Origin: Laetmonice hystrix
Lineage: Eukaryota
Length of the DNA stretch: 64,000 bases
Assembly (NCBI GenBank): GCA_965235115.1
Contig: OZ249438.1
Coordinates: 9,114,001-9,178,000 of the forward strand
Reading direction: 5' to 3'
This document shows positions 1 to 13,592 of this stretch, piece after piece. Below the pieces are notes generated by a model. It ran no database searches. It was not told the DNA's origin and was given only the letters and a program-made list of their open reading frames with translations. Positions within the stretch are counted from its first letter, which is position 1. Every line of letters starts with the position of its first letter. Both the position numbers and the translations under genes were made by a program.

Positions 1-3000
1 GTCTCCACATGTTTTTCTAAGTGAATCCATTCAACATGTCAACAACGTGTCAGCCACCCCTCTCCCTTAACATGTTAAAACATGTTTAGCATGCAAACCC
101 GCCGACGAAAAAAATAAGGTAAACGTTTAGCATGTCACGCATAACCCACAAAACATGTGATGATGGCATGGCCATCACGGGGACTTCCACATGGAAACTT
201 ATATGAATGGACTAAGTTGAAACCTTACCCGTATTTTGAAGTTTGGTTAGGTGTGGGTGTGGAGTTTGGTGGCATAAATAGAGGCTCATGACTCATGGAT
301 AGCCCTGTCAAATTATAATGCAGGTTATGCATTTTGGACGTCATTATCCTTTGATATTCATAGAAAGCTTTGTGTAGAGAGATCTGTTCAATTTATACAG
401 TAATTTGATAGAAAATCGGGTCGTATCTTGGCTCTTTTTGACAGTGTTGAATCAGCTGATCGCGTGTGAAAACGGAATCAGGAACATTTAACGTGGCAGT
501 TCTGTTATAGCAAATTTACAATGTTGATAAACGAGGGTAAAATCGTGTCGAAAACCTCAAAACCAGCATCCATTGATCCGATTTAAAGATTCGGCCCAAA
601 TTACATAATATCGGACAAATGGGTCGGGAATAGTTGCTGTGGTGAAGGGTGGGTGGGTGGGTGGTTGGGGAGTCCGTTCTACTGGTGTTCATATTGATCG
701 CTGACATATTTCAAACATGCTGTCATTGACCTTCTATTACTGGTTGGGGTTTTATGGCTGAGATCGAAGTTGATCCAAGCCATCGATATTCTAGGTATAA
801 TCCATGGAGAGTTGTGACAAGCCAGTCACTGAGTGAAGGCCGGTCTGCAGCGCTATGGGGTCTGGGGGAAAGTAAATACTGGCACAAGGTACTCGTGAAT
901 GAACTACTCTTGTGAATGGATAGGATGAGAAAATACTCAAGTGATAAAAAGGGAATAAAAAAGGCTAAAGTAGTGCAAATTACAGTTCAGGTCCTTAATT
1001 TTTTGATAAAAAGGGTGCCGTATGGAACTTTATTATGTGGTGTGAGATCAGTAGCAATGGATTCTACTTTGTACATTTGGGATCTTTATTGGGACAATAG
1101 AATTGGAGGAAAGGCGATCGTTCTCTGGGACTGCGTCCATCAGAATTAGGCGTGGTGAGTGACATGGAGGTTATAAGGTAATGGTCGCTGTCCTGCCATC
1201 TGTTACTGGATTATCCCATTGTCATCTGCCCTTGATTAAATTGTCTACTTGAGGGCCATTTGTCACTAGTGGACCGACCTTGGAAACGGAGCACCTTGTT
1301 GTCATGGCAACTCACAGCGGTCTCAGTTCATTTTCTTCCTTGTGAATTTGATATATATTGCTGAATTACGTGCTGATTGTTATGGAATGTTGCCTTTCAA
1401 CCTTTAATTGTAAACCTCTATTCAGAGCTCTGCAAAATTGTTAGTTTTCTGTTTATGGTTCTGTGAATTCTCCAGCACATCACATTCCACAGAATACGAG
1501 GGCTGCGTTAATTTAGGACACACAGGATGTTTACATATTACAGCAACCACTTTTTCGAACCAAGAAGACATAATGACTGCTGGGCAGTTAAAAGTTATAA
1601 ATGATGTCGATGACGTTAATTTTTGATGAATTTTCAGGCCAGGTCAGCTTGCCTTCCCACCGCCCGGAGGATGGATGTGGGGTGTCGGGTTTCATTACGG
1701 TTAGGCCTAGGATCAGGATCAGTTAATCTTTAGTGCACGGAATCTGTGACAATTACCCCACCTGGAAAGAGACCGGGTGCACTTACCAGGAATTAGTACG
1801 ACTGACTTTTAACTATCATTTGAACATTTGTCAGTAAGGACAAAGTTCTATGGTGTACATGTTGTACATCCAGTTGCACTGCAGGAAGGAATACAACTTT
1901 ATAGTGTGATGTACGCTCACTTGTTGTAGAAGTGGGTTTAACGAAGTTTGGAAGTTTAGCGGAAATCTATTAAGCGTGTATCGGAATATTACGTAGCCTA
2001 CATCTATGTAAGGACGTGCCATCGCAATGTGAAGTCGCGACACCGCATCCACCTGACTACCTCAGGATGCTCAGCCGACCTACCCTGCAGGTTACCTCAC
2101 GGAATCTATTCTCCGACCGTGCCCAGCCTTCCTAGAATTCCCCATCTGTACCAGTGCCAGGTTTTCTAGGAGTGTTGGCCCAGTGTTGTCCAGACCCCAC
2201 TCTACCAATCACAATTGTTTACTCTCACCGGCACGGCCATCAGGGCAGGATGTTGCACATGGGAGTCATGGCAAAACTTAATGGCAAAAACATCAGAATT
2301 CCAAGATAAAGTGTAGTTGGAAATTTTAATTGCATAGCCACATAATATGGGGATCTGAAAATAAGCAACTTTTAGGACAGTTCTTGGTTATTTGGGAAAC
2401 CAGACGTGATTATTAAAGGTGAGTAGTATAGTGGATCTTATAAATTATTTATTAAAGTGATGATGGGTCCCGCAACATAAAGTCGCTAAAAGCCACATCG
2501 GAGAACTGTAGCCAGCCAATCCCAGTGGCCGATAGGCAGTTGTGGTATACCCCCGTTTCTATGGATGTTGTGAGGGGCCCCTCGACTAAATCCGTGTCAC
2601 CCTGCCCAAGGCAGACTTTTTGCAGGAGATGGGCCTATTGTCCATAGGGCCATCTCAGCGTATTGAAGGGGTTCTATGGACGCCTGGCATGAGACTACCA
2701 ACCCCCTGGAGGGTAAAACCCTTTATGGCTACCATGGCAACGGGCAAGATTGATGGTTTCCCAGTTAGGGCCTGCGGTATGTAACTGGTGGGTTAATACA
2801 GTGGTTGAGTTTTCGGGGACATGTTAGTTGCTGTTTTTAAGAAATTGCGGTTGAATGGCTTTATCAAGGGTGGCTAATCATTTCAGTGGTGGCCGATAAG
2901 TGTTCTTGCAAAGCCATCAACACTGCAACGGCCATCTTTAGGAAGTGCAGCGATAAAGGCAGTAAGGCCTATCAACCTGCTTTTCAAAAACATAATCTGG

Positions 3001-4298
3001 GCTCGCCTGGGTGAGTCTAACTTCTGCATTGATATCTAGAGCGTATACTCTGTTCAAGTGATGAGAGAATCAAGAAAGTCGGGTTTATTTGCTCGAGATG
3101 ATCATCACCGGTTTGGTAGATCGGGACTACCCCAAAACATGTAGCTTGGAGCCTCAGACGGGGTCAAGGAACTGGGTCCAGGCAGCAGCTGACCTGACCC
3201 ACTCTGACCTTTGACACCCTTGTGGCTGCCAGGAGAAGACGTGCATGCCTGTGACGTCATAACGTCATGAATGTGGCCAGTCGGATGCCAGCCCTAGGAC
3301 ACTTAACCCACCCAGACTGGCTGTATGTAATATATATAATGAAAGGGTGAGGGAGTCCTGTAGAGATCAAACAGTATGGTGTTCACCGCTTGACGTGAGG
3401 TTTTCACGTTGTGGCGTGTCGTCTGCTGGAGCTGGCAGCGAGCCGCACGACGTTACGTTATAGACGCGCGTTCTTGGCGTGCTCTGGTCCTATAACCAGT
3501 CTGCAAAGGGAGAAAAAGCTATCTTGTGTGAGCCAGCATGGTTGTTGGGAGAAAAAAAACACCTTGGTTGAGCAGAGCAAGGGTGGATCTAGTACACCAT
3601 GTGTCTGTATACTGCATGTATACTCTGTACACTCCATGTAGGCCTATACACTAAAGTAAAGGGCCTCTACGTCCAACCGAAAATTGAAGGCTCTTGTGCC
3701 TGCATGTCTTGACACTGAGAGAGTGACTAGTTTCGACGTGTATTTGAGAATTGTAGGGGATTGTACTGGGAGACTAACTGGAGTCGACAGGTATTTGACG
3801 GGGTATGGTATTTGCCCGAGCCAATGATAGAAATTCAGTTGATCATTTCCCAGCGGGGGCACTTACCCGGCTAGTCGGTAATTATCGGCCTGTACACACA
3901 GTGACAATAACGTATGTGTTGGGGGTACGCTAGATTGGGCTGGGCCTGGTCGAGCAGTGTAATGATAATAATTTACAACCTTGGGGGTGCCCTGGGTCGG
4001 GGAGGAGGGAGGTTGAGGAATGGCAGGGTAAGGCAGGGTTCTCCAAGTTATACAGTGGTGTACTTGTAAGGTGGGAACTGTTTTTAAAAACACTGAATAT
4101 TCAGAAACTGTCGACTTTCCAATATCATAGACTCTATATTGTACTTGCAGCGAGTACGTGGATATGTTATGATTGATTGGATTGGTATCATCTTTGGTTC
4201 ACCCTTTGTAGGCTCAATTAAGCAGGATCAGGAACTAATCTCTTGTCTTGCTGAAAAGCTGACCTTCAGGCAACAGCGGAGCCTTTGTGTACTATGGC

Positions 4299-4439
4299 CA
4301 ACCTTTGATTATCTGACCAAGTTGACTCCAGACGATCAGGACCCGGGGGTGGGCCTCCGTTGATGGGTCAACCTTTGATTATGTGGCCAAGTTGACTCCA
4401 GACGATCAGGACCCGGGGGTGGGCCTCCGTTGATGGGTC
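4299..4439. repeat. 70-bp tandem duplication (2 copies)
   Basis: caacctttgattat...gggcctccgttgatgggt at 4299 and 4369, near-identical. Confidence 0.95.
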
Positions 4440-7400
4440 GGTGGGGAAAGTCTACCAATGGATGCAACTAACATCAGATACGGAAATGTTAATAAAAGCG
4501 GACATGTAGTTCAGATTTGGGCAGGGTTGGGGGGGGGGGTCACGGTGGCTGGCTGGGAGGGGGGAGGGAGAGGTTCATGTACCCGTACTAGCCTACTAGC
4601 GGGACAATATGCATTGTTATACGACAGTTACTGGCCTAGTGATGGTGCACTGCAAAAAAAACTTGTGCTAATAAAGCTTTCAGACTGAATTATCAGTCAT
4701 GATAGGTGAGCAACCAAATGACATAATGGAGCGGACTTCCTGTCCGGTTACCATGGCGACGACGCGTTGCTCTATTGTATGATTGAACCAGGGACTTGTC
4801 GCAATTGAGAACGCTGCTGAAGGGGCCAGGGGGTAACACCCTGTCTGCATTCATTTATTTAAATCGTGCATCATTGATCTTTTGACCTGTAATGGGGGTA
4901 GGTTGACATACCCTGCCATGTTGGTGGCGCGAAATAAGGGTTCTCATTTCACGGCTGGTGGATTGAGTACGTGATACCTGTTTGACATGACAGGCATGAG
5001 GGTGGGGTGGGGGAGGGGGGGTGGAGTTCTTGGGAGTCGGTAAGGCTTGTAGTCTATAAGGAGTGTAAGGTTGATTTAATCATTCGCAATCAGTAAGATC
5101 TGACATAACCCATGAGTTTGATATGTAGTAGTATTATTTGACTAAATAGATTCGTTAAAGATATATGTTTCCCAGAAATACTGATGTAAAAATCTATTTG
5201 ATTTTTTACTGAGAAAAAGACTTCCTTATATTAGTGGATACAAATTTCCATGAGCACTTATGTGCTCGGGTAGATAATAATGAAATTATAAAAAGAAGTG
5301 ATCTCTAAAAAATCTAGGACATACCATGGTAATTAGGTGAGGGTGAAATCTTGGATCTTTTGAAAAGACACCCTGCATATTGGTCTGACCTGTTTACGTA
5401 TATATGCCGAAACAGATCAACTCCATATTTCGATCCATCCGTATGGGTTTGAGTTCTGCCCAAACCCGACCCCATTTGTCGATGGTAATATTGTACGGTA
5501 CGACACTCATGCACAGTCATGTAGTTCGGGGAAGGCTAGACTTGGAGGCGGGTCAGTTAGGGACAGACAAAGGCTGGGTCCGTGCCAATGTTTACAGACT
5601 TGCTGAGTACTCGATTGTTGAAGTAATAGAGACCGGCTGCTGGTCGCCCCGAGGTCCCTACTCAATTTAAGGTGTAAATATACACACTATGGTCACATTG
5701 TAGGAACGGATCAGCAGCTGTAATGTACATGTACGGTTATTACGGGTACTAATATGTAGTATATGTGGACAAAAGGATGCTAATGTCCTACAGGTATTGA
5801 ATCCTTTTATAGGTGGCTTCTAAAGTGATTCTCGCAACTAGCATTTAAATTGCTGAATAATTGGCATGATTGCTTCATTTGACAACCATGAGATTGAGAT
5901 GGCCCAGGGGGTTGTGTTCAGTGGATGATGGTATTTGGAAACTCTGTTGATTGTGTAGAGATGGCAACTTGGCTGGATGGTTGGACCCCAGCAAAACCCA
6001 GCAGGGTGGAGGTAGTAATACTATGTTTCATGAATCAGCAGTTATTTTAATAAAAGAAGAAGAGAAAATGCTGTTTCCTTAAAACTCCCGCTCCAGTATC
6101 TGGGATGTGTTAGGCCTATTGTCAGTCGTACCTTGGCTAGACCTCCAAATGTTTATGGTTCACGGTGTTGATGGACAGACTCGTTCTAAAGACATTTGGT
6201 GTCATGGAAACATGTTATGATTCTGAAGTTTATAAATGTCGGTACGATCAGAGCAGTAGAAACATTCCTCCGTGTCGCACACACAGAAAGCGTGCACAGA
6301 TGTGTGTATAAACACACAGTGAACCTATTTAGTGGCGACCTTCGCGAGTAAATGGTGATGTTAGTTCCACATGCTTGGCAGATGATCTTTGTGTGAAAAA
6401 TGACACTCATGTTACTGCAGCATGTAAGAGGGGGATTTCACGAAATGTTGTTGGAGAGACGGTGATTTGGTGGGGGTATTTTGGCCCGGAGCCCCCAGCC
6501 CCCTCCCTCCTTCTGTCGGCGTGGATCGTCTGATGTGAGGCCAGTAATAGTTCGGCCGGCCCACCTCCTCCATTGACTGTTTGCTCGGCGGCGCCCCACA
6601 CCGCCCCCCACACCGCCCTCACAGGAGGCCGGTCAACTGGCCCCGGGCCAGCAACCACACTCCGGCCGGGACGGGGGACAGCGTGGGACGGTGACAGGTC
6701 GGTTACGTCGTCTCAGTTCTTCTGTTAAAACTAGCCGTAATCTCAAGCGGAAGGAAGCAGTCGGTAAAGATTGCATAATCTGACATTCCTGAGAAAAACT
6801 TGAACTGAAAGTGAAAAAGATGGGATTGTCTGGAAAGGCTCCTATTGACTATGTGGTGGTGCAGTCTGAGAAGGGTAAGAATGGAGACCCCACCAGCCCA
6901 TCGGCCTTGAGGTTGAGAGGGCATTACAGCACATCAAATTTTTGGGCTGAAATTGCCTTAAATTGGATTTAATTTGACACAGTCTTAGAGAACCCATACT
7001 TTGGATAGCTAAATAAACTGATACGCAGATTTCAGCCAACCCATTACACACCAGTTTGGCTTCTGACTGAATGATCAAGTTTGAAATTTAAAAAAGTAAC
7101 CAATAAAAGGAGAAAAAACTTGCCTTTGGTGTTTGACAATTTCTCCCCACCCCATGCCCAGGGTATGAATCACCTAGGACAGAAGTGACCCGGTTCTGGA
7201 GTCCGGGCGACAGGTGCTTGGTGCATCAGTATTAACAGAACAGGTGTGGCTGTTTGTGGTCATAAAATAATAGCCTGAATAATGGACTGAAGCTCTTAAA
7301 AAGGGGAAGAAAAATTACCCACTTTTCATAGCACATAGTAATGTTGGTTTTTTACGGTTGAATTGAGGTGGAACGATATCTTTTTATAAGTGGAGGCACT

Positions 7401-7850
7401 TTATCAAAAGGCCCTATGCGAGTGTATAAAAAAAATTGATGTACGTTCACAAAGCTGACAGGACCTGGTTGGGTCACATCCCGATCTTTGGCCGTCGGTC
7501 AGAGTCTGAGGACATGAATGAACCAGATGGCTGGAGCCAGGTTTACGAGGGCCAGTTTCGCAGGTCAACGGGGGAGCATCAAATGTTTGGTGCAGTAAGG
7601 GCGGAGTTTGCAAGTTATTAAAGGACTCCCTGCCTCTCCTCTACTGTTTAAATTTTAATTCTATGTAACACTGGGGGAGTTTGAGAGCCGTTTCGGAGTT
7701 CCGGTCCTTGATCCGACTGACTGTCAGTTAGCAAAGGCAGGGAAACCAAACGGCAAGGGTTGGAGTGTACAGGAGGTGTGATAAATGGATAGCCCAGGTC
7801 TATCCTTCGTTCCGTTTGCAGTCAGTGATGTGAGGGGCCGACCTGTGGAC

Positions 7851-8020
7851 GGGACCCACCTGGGTGTGGGGCGCACCTGGGCGTGGTGGGACCCACCTGG
7901 GCGTGGTGGGACCCACCTGGGCGTGGTGGGACCCACCTGGGCGTGGTGGGACCCACCTGGGCGTGGTGGGACCCACCTGGGCGTGGTGGGACCCACCTGG
8001 GCGTGGTGGGACCCACCTGG
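7851..8020. repeat. 20-bp minisatellite gcgtggtgggacccacctgg, 7 perfect copies plus a degenerate lead-in
   Basis: Exact 20-nt period from 7881 to 8020. Confidence 0.97.
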
Positions 8021-11000
8021 TGGGATGCGATTAGAACATCTCGCCTGGATCTAATTACGCCATGCCCACCTGGTGTCGAGTTCTATATTTTTATATATAC
8101 TGGATAGACTTTGTCTGAGCTTCCACTTGTCTCTAAAAAAGTAGGTGGAGCTTTTTTCAATAGACTCTGGCTTGGCTATCTGAAAAACGCCGGGCCAAGT
8201 CCCTGGCGGCAACGAGCTGCCTCAGAGATGGCCATGCAGTCAGCCCCCACCAGGTGAACATACACCATTTCAAGAACGTTGCGGTGTTTTAGTCGAATTT
8301 TCTCAGTCTTGAAATTAATATGGCTTATGTTTTCCCCACTTTAAAGTATAAAGTATAACGTTCGATATTGAGGGTTGAAGTAAAATTAAGTTGGACACAA
8401 AATGAGTTTGGTGGAGAACGTGGTAACCTGACTTGCGGTCAGAGGTGACACTGGCGTTAATTCGCTAGATCTTCAAGCTGTCACGATTTTGATTGGATCA
8501 TCAATATTATTATTTCGTGGGGTCAGTTTGCACTGGGTGACCCCGGGCTGACCGGCTTTCACACACTCACGTGGTCAGGCCTGCATGTGTGATGTGTTGG
8601 TGAGTTTGGTGTGGAGAGGACAAAGGATCCTGGACTCATCGCTGACTGGTCATCGACACAGAATGCCGCCGGGTTAGTGCAGGTCATGTTAGTCCTGTAT
8701 TACAGGCCTGAAAATCTGAGAAAATGAGAAAAATTAATAAATATATTTTTTTAAACTTGAGAATCTATATCGTCCAATGAATGTATTGATTGGCCTCCTT
8801 CACCAAGTACATGTAGTCTACCTGAGGGGCGAAGGGACATGTTGCTGGCAGGACCCAGTGTCAGGAATCAAGTCAGGTAGAAAATGAAAACAAATGGCGG
8901 GTGTGGTGGCAGTAAAAGTTTTATTGACGCCAGCAGGGAGGATCTACAGTTGTTAGGAATGGGATGTGTTGGTACAACGATACCGGATAATCCAAGGTTT
9001 TACACTCGTTGAACCCAAGAAGTCAAGTAGAGCACCAATTAGAATGAACAATCACTTCCACGGGACCTTCCCAGTCAGATTAGGTCAGACAAGGTGAAGT
9101 AGAAATTTTTATTTTTTTCCATATCCTGTTGTGAGCTTTGGAGTTTTTGTTAAAAGGATTACTGTAAATAATAGGGCATTGTAAAGGCAGATCACACACA
9201 CGAGCGCCAACCCAGTCGCTACCTGTAGTCACCAGTATCCCCTCCAGGTATGTAGTAGACCGTGATGTAATATTGGACAAACATTATTACATAAAAGTCC
9301 ATGTCAGTGTGTTAAAGTCAGAGAAACGTGCGGCTTTCATGTGACGTCAGTTACGTAAACGCGCAGCGGAATCAGCGCCCTCTGGCGTGACCGCGATGTG
9401 TGTGGGGAGTGTTACATAATCTGATCTCAGACAGGCTCGTCATCTCGTATTTCTCTCATGTCTGTATTTACGTACAGAGGAAATCACAATCCGACTTATT
9501 TTACGCTCGTGTTATTTATTTGCTCAGTTTGAATCGAACCAGGCACGTCACACACGATAAAGTTTTCTTGAAAGATGTGAGAAATAAATTAAAATGAATG
9601 ATATTCAGGCCCGTTTCTGGGACCTGTCGTTGATCCTCATGTCTAGAATGTTAATGATATTGGGGCCTAGAGGCTGAGATAGGCTAACTTTGTAAATCTA
9701 CGGCCTATAGATATGTGAAATTAGGGAGATCGACTATCAGGCACCTTGTATATGGGGGTTTTGGGCAGTAGGGTGTTGAGTGGGGCAAGTTTTTGGGCAG
9801 GATCTGGCAGACAGTGTAGCCACCCCTACTAGGGAAAAAGTCATCTTTTATGAGGGCAGCACGGGCAGTAGGCCGACTATGAGAAACCGTTAGAGCAGAT
9901 ATTTAGACCTTCTCTGGAAGTTGGAACAAGCGGTACAGACCGTACTTAAACCCTGACATTGAATGTTGTAAAATATGGTTATAGCTGTTAGTCATCATTT
10001 CAGGGCAGTTTGTACCAGTTTAGATGGATTTCAAGTAATTAGTTATTTTAATGAATTCCTGTCTGACTAGACGCCCTTTGATTACCGAGCAGAAATCATT
10101 AAAAATTCAATGTCTGGTGTTGATAAGAGAAACTCAGCCAGATATTTGACATGGCGTTCCGGTTCAATGGAGCTTGTTTACGGTAGGTGGTCCGGTGGAA
10201 TCCCACTGGGAGACAGAGAGCCGACATCACCTGGGAGATTTAAATCTAGGATTTCATGCATGGTCAGCTTTTGAACTGATTCAGGGCTGTGGGGGACGTT
10301 TGTGATTGACAAGGATGTCTGAAGGTCACAGCGGTTCCCTGGCTCATATACCAGTATTAGTATTAATCAGGAAGAAATACCACCTACCACCAGCACCGTA
10401 CGAAACATGATACAATGCCCCCTGTCTTATCTACCGACTTAACCCATGGTTTGTTGGGGTTTACACTGAAGAATTTGATGAATGATGACACGTACCGGTT
10501 TCACTGTAGCTAAAATTCCTCTGTCTCAGGCAGTTACTTATTTTTAGAAGGCCTAATGTAAAGTGATTTGACATCGATTCTGTATATTGATTCTATATAC
10601 TCATTTGGATTATCTCATCTCTTGTTCGGCAAAATGTAGTCAGTGATTACAAAATCCATGTAGTTGGAGTCAGGTAATTTCAAGGCTTAAAGTTAATTTG
10701 TGCATAAAAGAGTAAGATAATTAAAAGTTTTTTTTCGGTTTGATTATCATCTTTAGCGCGAAGATTACTACCTGTGGACGCTCATACGTTTGATGTCGGC
10801 TCCGATGATTTTATTCAGACTGTCTTGAGGGACTTTGCGGTGTTAATATTAATTCAAGTATTTTTTATCCAAGAGCGATAAACCACCCACTTTTATTTCG
10901 TTGTCAGTCGTTAAGATTACGGCTTGCATGATCGGCATGTACTCATGTGATTTTATCTCTTCCAGCAATCTATACACACTGTGAAAAAGAAACCCACAGT

Positions 11001-12669
11001 AAGTGATCTAAACAGTTGGGGGAGGTTTAACCACTGCTAACGTAACCATAGAAACTGCCAAATTCACCCCTCACATTTACTGGCTCACCCTCCTGTAAAT
11101 AACCCCTAACCCCCTTACCCAGAGGTCACATGACAGTGCTTGACACATGGCGGATCATGTGACGTTGGGGTAAGTCGTAAAACGTTAAGCACTTGTAGAT
11201 GTAGTATTTGACAACAGCTTTTCTTACTGTAGCTGCACCTCTCACTTTGTCAGGATTCTGGATAGCGTTTAAGGTACATTGCTTAAATGGCCATTGATAT
11301 ATGTCAGAGGAGAAAAAAAATTCTAATTGTGTGTAATTAAGTGAAAAAAATATATATGTAAATAACAGCTTACAACGGGAAAGGCATAGGAATGGCCATT
11401 TAAACAATATGTTAAAGTTGTTTCATATTTTGAAGAACCGATTAATATAGCCTATTTTAAGACTCAGAATAGAAGAATGTCGGGAAAGCCTGACTGTATA
11501 GATGACCAGTCATGTTGTGCAAGGTTAAAGTGATCAGAGGCTATTTGTAATTTAATAATGTGGTTTACGTTTGGTCGGGTCGAGTAATATAATCAAGCTT
11601 TGTTTATATGAGTACAGTTAAGTCAGGTCAGTGCAATCGCCAACTTCAGTTAAAAACCTACACTCTGGTGTCTAGGGTAAGGTTGATCGTTTAAATGATG
11701 GTGAGGTCCCTTTACCCAAGTTGTAAATTTACGTATTTAAACCAAATATTCAATTTTAAGAAATCAAGTTTCTCCTGTCTTGGGTCTGAGTTAATTTATA
11801 GAATTAGTTGTGTAGTTTTTAACATCATTGTCCGTAAAGTTGCGTGTGTTCGGGTCGAGTACCATAGTGATGATCTGTTGTCCACTGTCAGCTTCAGTTA
11901 CCCTGATAAATCTGACAAGAGGTTGCCTGTCGTCTATCATCAGCTTTAGCTACAAACGGTGGCCCAGAGCGAGCTGCTATGAGGAGTGTATAGCGATGAG
12001 TGTACGCGGTAGTTAGCCACGTGCCTGAGCTCATGCAATCCAGAAAATATCGTCTCTGCTGGTCGTACTGCCACAGTGGAAAACGCGCTGTCATAGCTGT
12101 ACACGTGGCAGACGACCCCCTCCCCTCCCCAGCCGCCTCACTCTCACACATATACATATAGAACCAGGCTCATCCCCTGACTGCTCATCCCGGCATCATG
12201 GTTGACCTTGACCGTGGAAACCATGGCAACCAGGATGGCCACTGACGAGGCATTGGTATTTGTGCATGAAAACATGGCGCTCGAACGCGGCAAGAAGTGC
12301 GTTGCTATGCCAACATAGGAGGAATTCCTAAAGGATGCACTTAGTTACACTTCATCAAACCATGCCAGATAAATCAAAGATCGTGGGATATGAGTTTAGA
12401 GAAGGGGTGTGGGCATTTTACCGGCCTTACTCAGGGTGGGTAGGGGATCGTTCTATGACACTGGCAGCAGTCTATAGGCTATGGTGGAGGTGATGGAAGA
12501 GAATCATAATGGTGAGATGCCGAGAGGAGAAAGCACTGTCTTGATAAACGTTAGCGCATTCATATTGACACATGTAGAAATTTAAAAACTCGCTTGAATG
12601 GAGAATACATGCTTTTGTATTTTCTTCCTCTTTCGCTCCGTTTTTAAGGGAGAGTTGACAGTTCGCAAA

Positions 12670-13255
12670 GCCGGTGTCACATCGAAAACTGACCCCCGTG
12701 GTAAATTGACCCCCGGGTCACTTTTCCACAGTGGAAAAGTGACCCCCTCTGTGGTAATCTGACCCTCAATGAAAAGTTAAGATATGTCTTGTTCTGTATG
12801 TATGGTTTATATTTTATACTTATGGAAAGGATACAAAACATGTTTTTGTTCATGGCGTACTCAATTTGTCAATCTGCTCAATTTGCAAATAACATTCATT
12901 CAAATAGACCTAACCCTAAACTTACCTTAACCCTAACCGAGGGCGTACAGGTAGCACCCGTATCTGCTGGTTTGCCCTTTTAATTTGCCGGGTAAATTTG
13001 GAAATTGACGAATTGCAAACACCCTATTTTCAAATTGTGCATGTCGGCAAAGTGAGTGTACTACAGGCTTAAAAATTGTTGAAATATACTAAGAAGCAGG
13101 AAAATCACGATAGGTTCCAATGTAAAGACGTTATGCCAAATATCTATGTTATTAAACATGGGTCATTTTTCTACAGGAGGGGTCACTTTTCCACTGTGGT
13201 AAAGTGACCCGGGGGTCAACTTTACCACGGGGTCACTTTACCACATCACACCGGC
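12670..13255. mobile_element. MITE-like non-autonomous DNA element with ~95-bp imperfect TIRs (superfamily not assigned)
   Basis: Left gccggtgtcacat..tgacccccgtggtaaattgacccccgggtcacttttccacagtggaaaagtgacccc.. (12670-12765) matches the reverse complement of 13160-13255; no coding capacity; no clear TSD. Confidence 0.85.
12854..13024. mobile_element. Possible small element nested in the MITE, with short imperfect TIRs and a telomere-like CCTAAC core
   Basis: ggcgtactcaatttgtcaat versus revcomp ggtgtttgcaattcgtcaat; internal cctaaccctaaacttaccttaaccctaacc at ~12909-12938. Confidence 0.4.
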
Positions 13256-13479
13256 ATCTCGATTGTTCTAACATTGCAGGACTATCCCTCCCCTGTGAGG
13301 TGTTGAGGAAAGTCTTCTTCCCAACCTTGAAGCGTTCACATGGTGCAGGGGTTTACAGGTTATAAAGGCTGTCTATAGTATGGGAAGGAAAAAGGGGTTG
13401 TCAACAAAACTTAGTTGCACGCGATTTAGGGGGGAGGTCGAGGCGAGGGGGCACACAGCACTATTCCCTCTGGTTGCAT

Positions 13480-13592
13480 GTTTACCGGCGACTTGCTGCA
13501 CAACGGTGGTTTTCGCGGGAAACTCCCGTTCCCTCCACTATTCAAATTGAACACCTTGATATGACCTTGGCTATAGCTGAGACGTACAATCG
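13480..13592 (+). mobile_element. Decayed V-SINE/RUDI-like SINE body and 3' part
   Basis: gtttaccggcgacttgctgcacaacggtggttttcgcgggaaactcccgttccctccac...gatatgaccttggct resembles the V-domain core GGTGGTTTTCTCCGGGTACTCCGGTTTCCTCCAC and its tail as I recall them. Confidence 0.55.

Noticed and set aside
3700-3860. IVGDCTGRLTG, resembling APE GDFNARTG
   Set aside because: One motif only, with no supporting flanking motifs
6480-6720. Pro-rich coding exon (RRRPTPPPTPPSQE...)
   Set aside because: In-frame TGA at 6574 with no acceptor before the frame; kept only as a GC-rich patch
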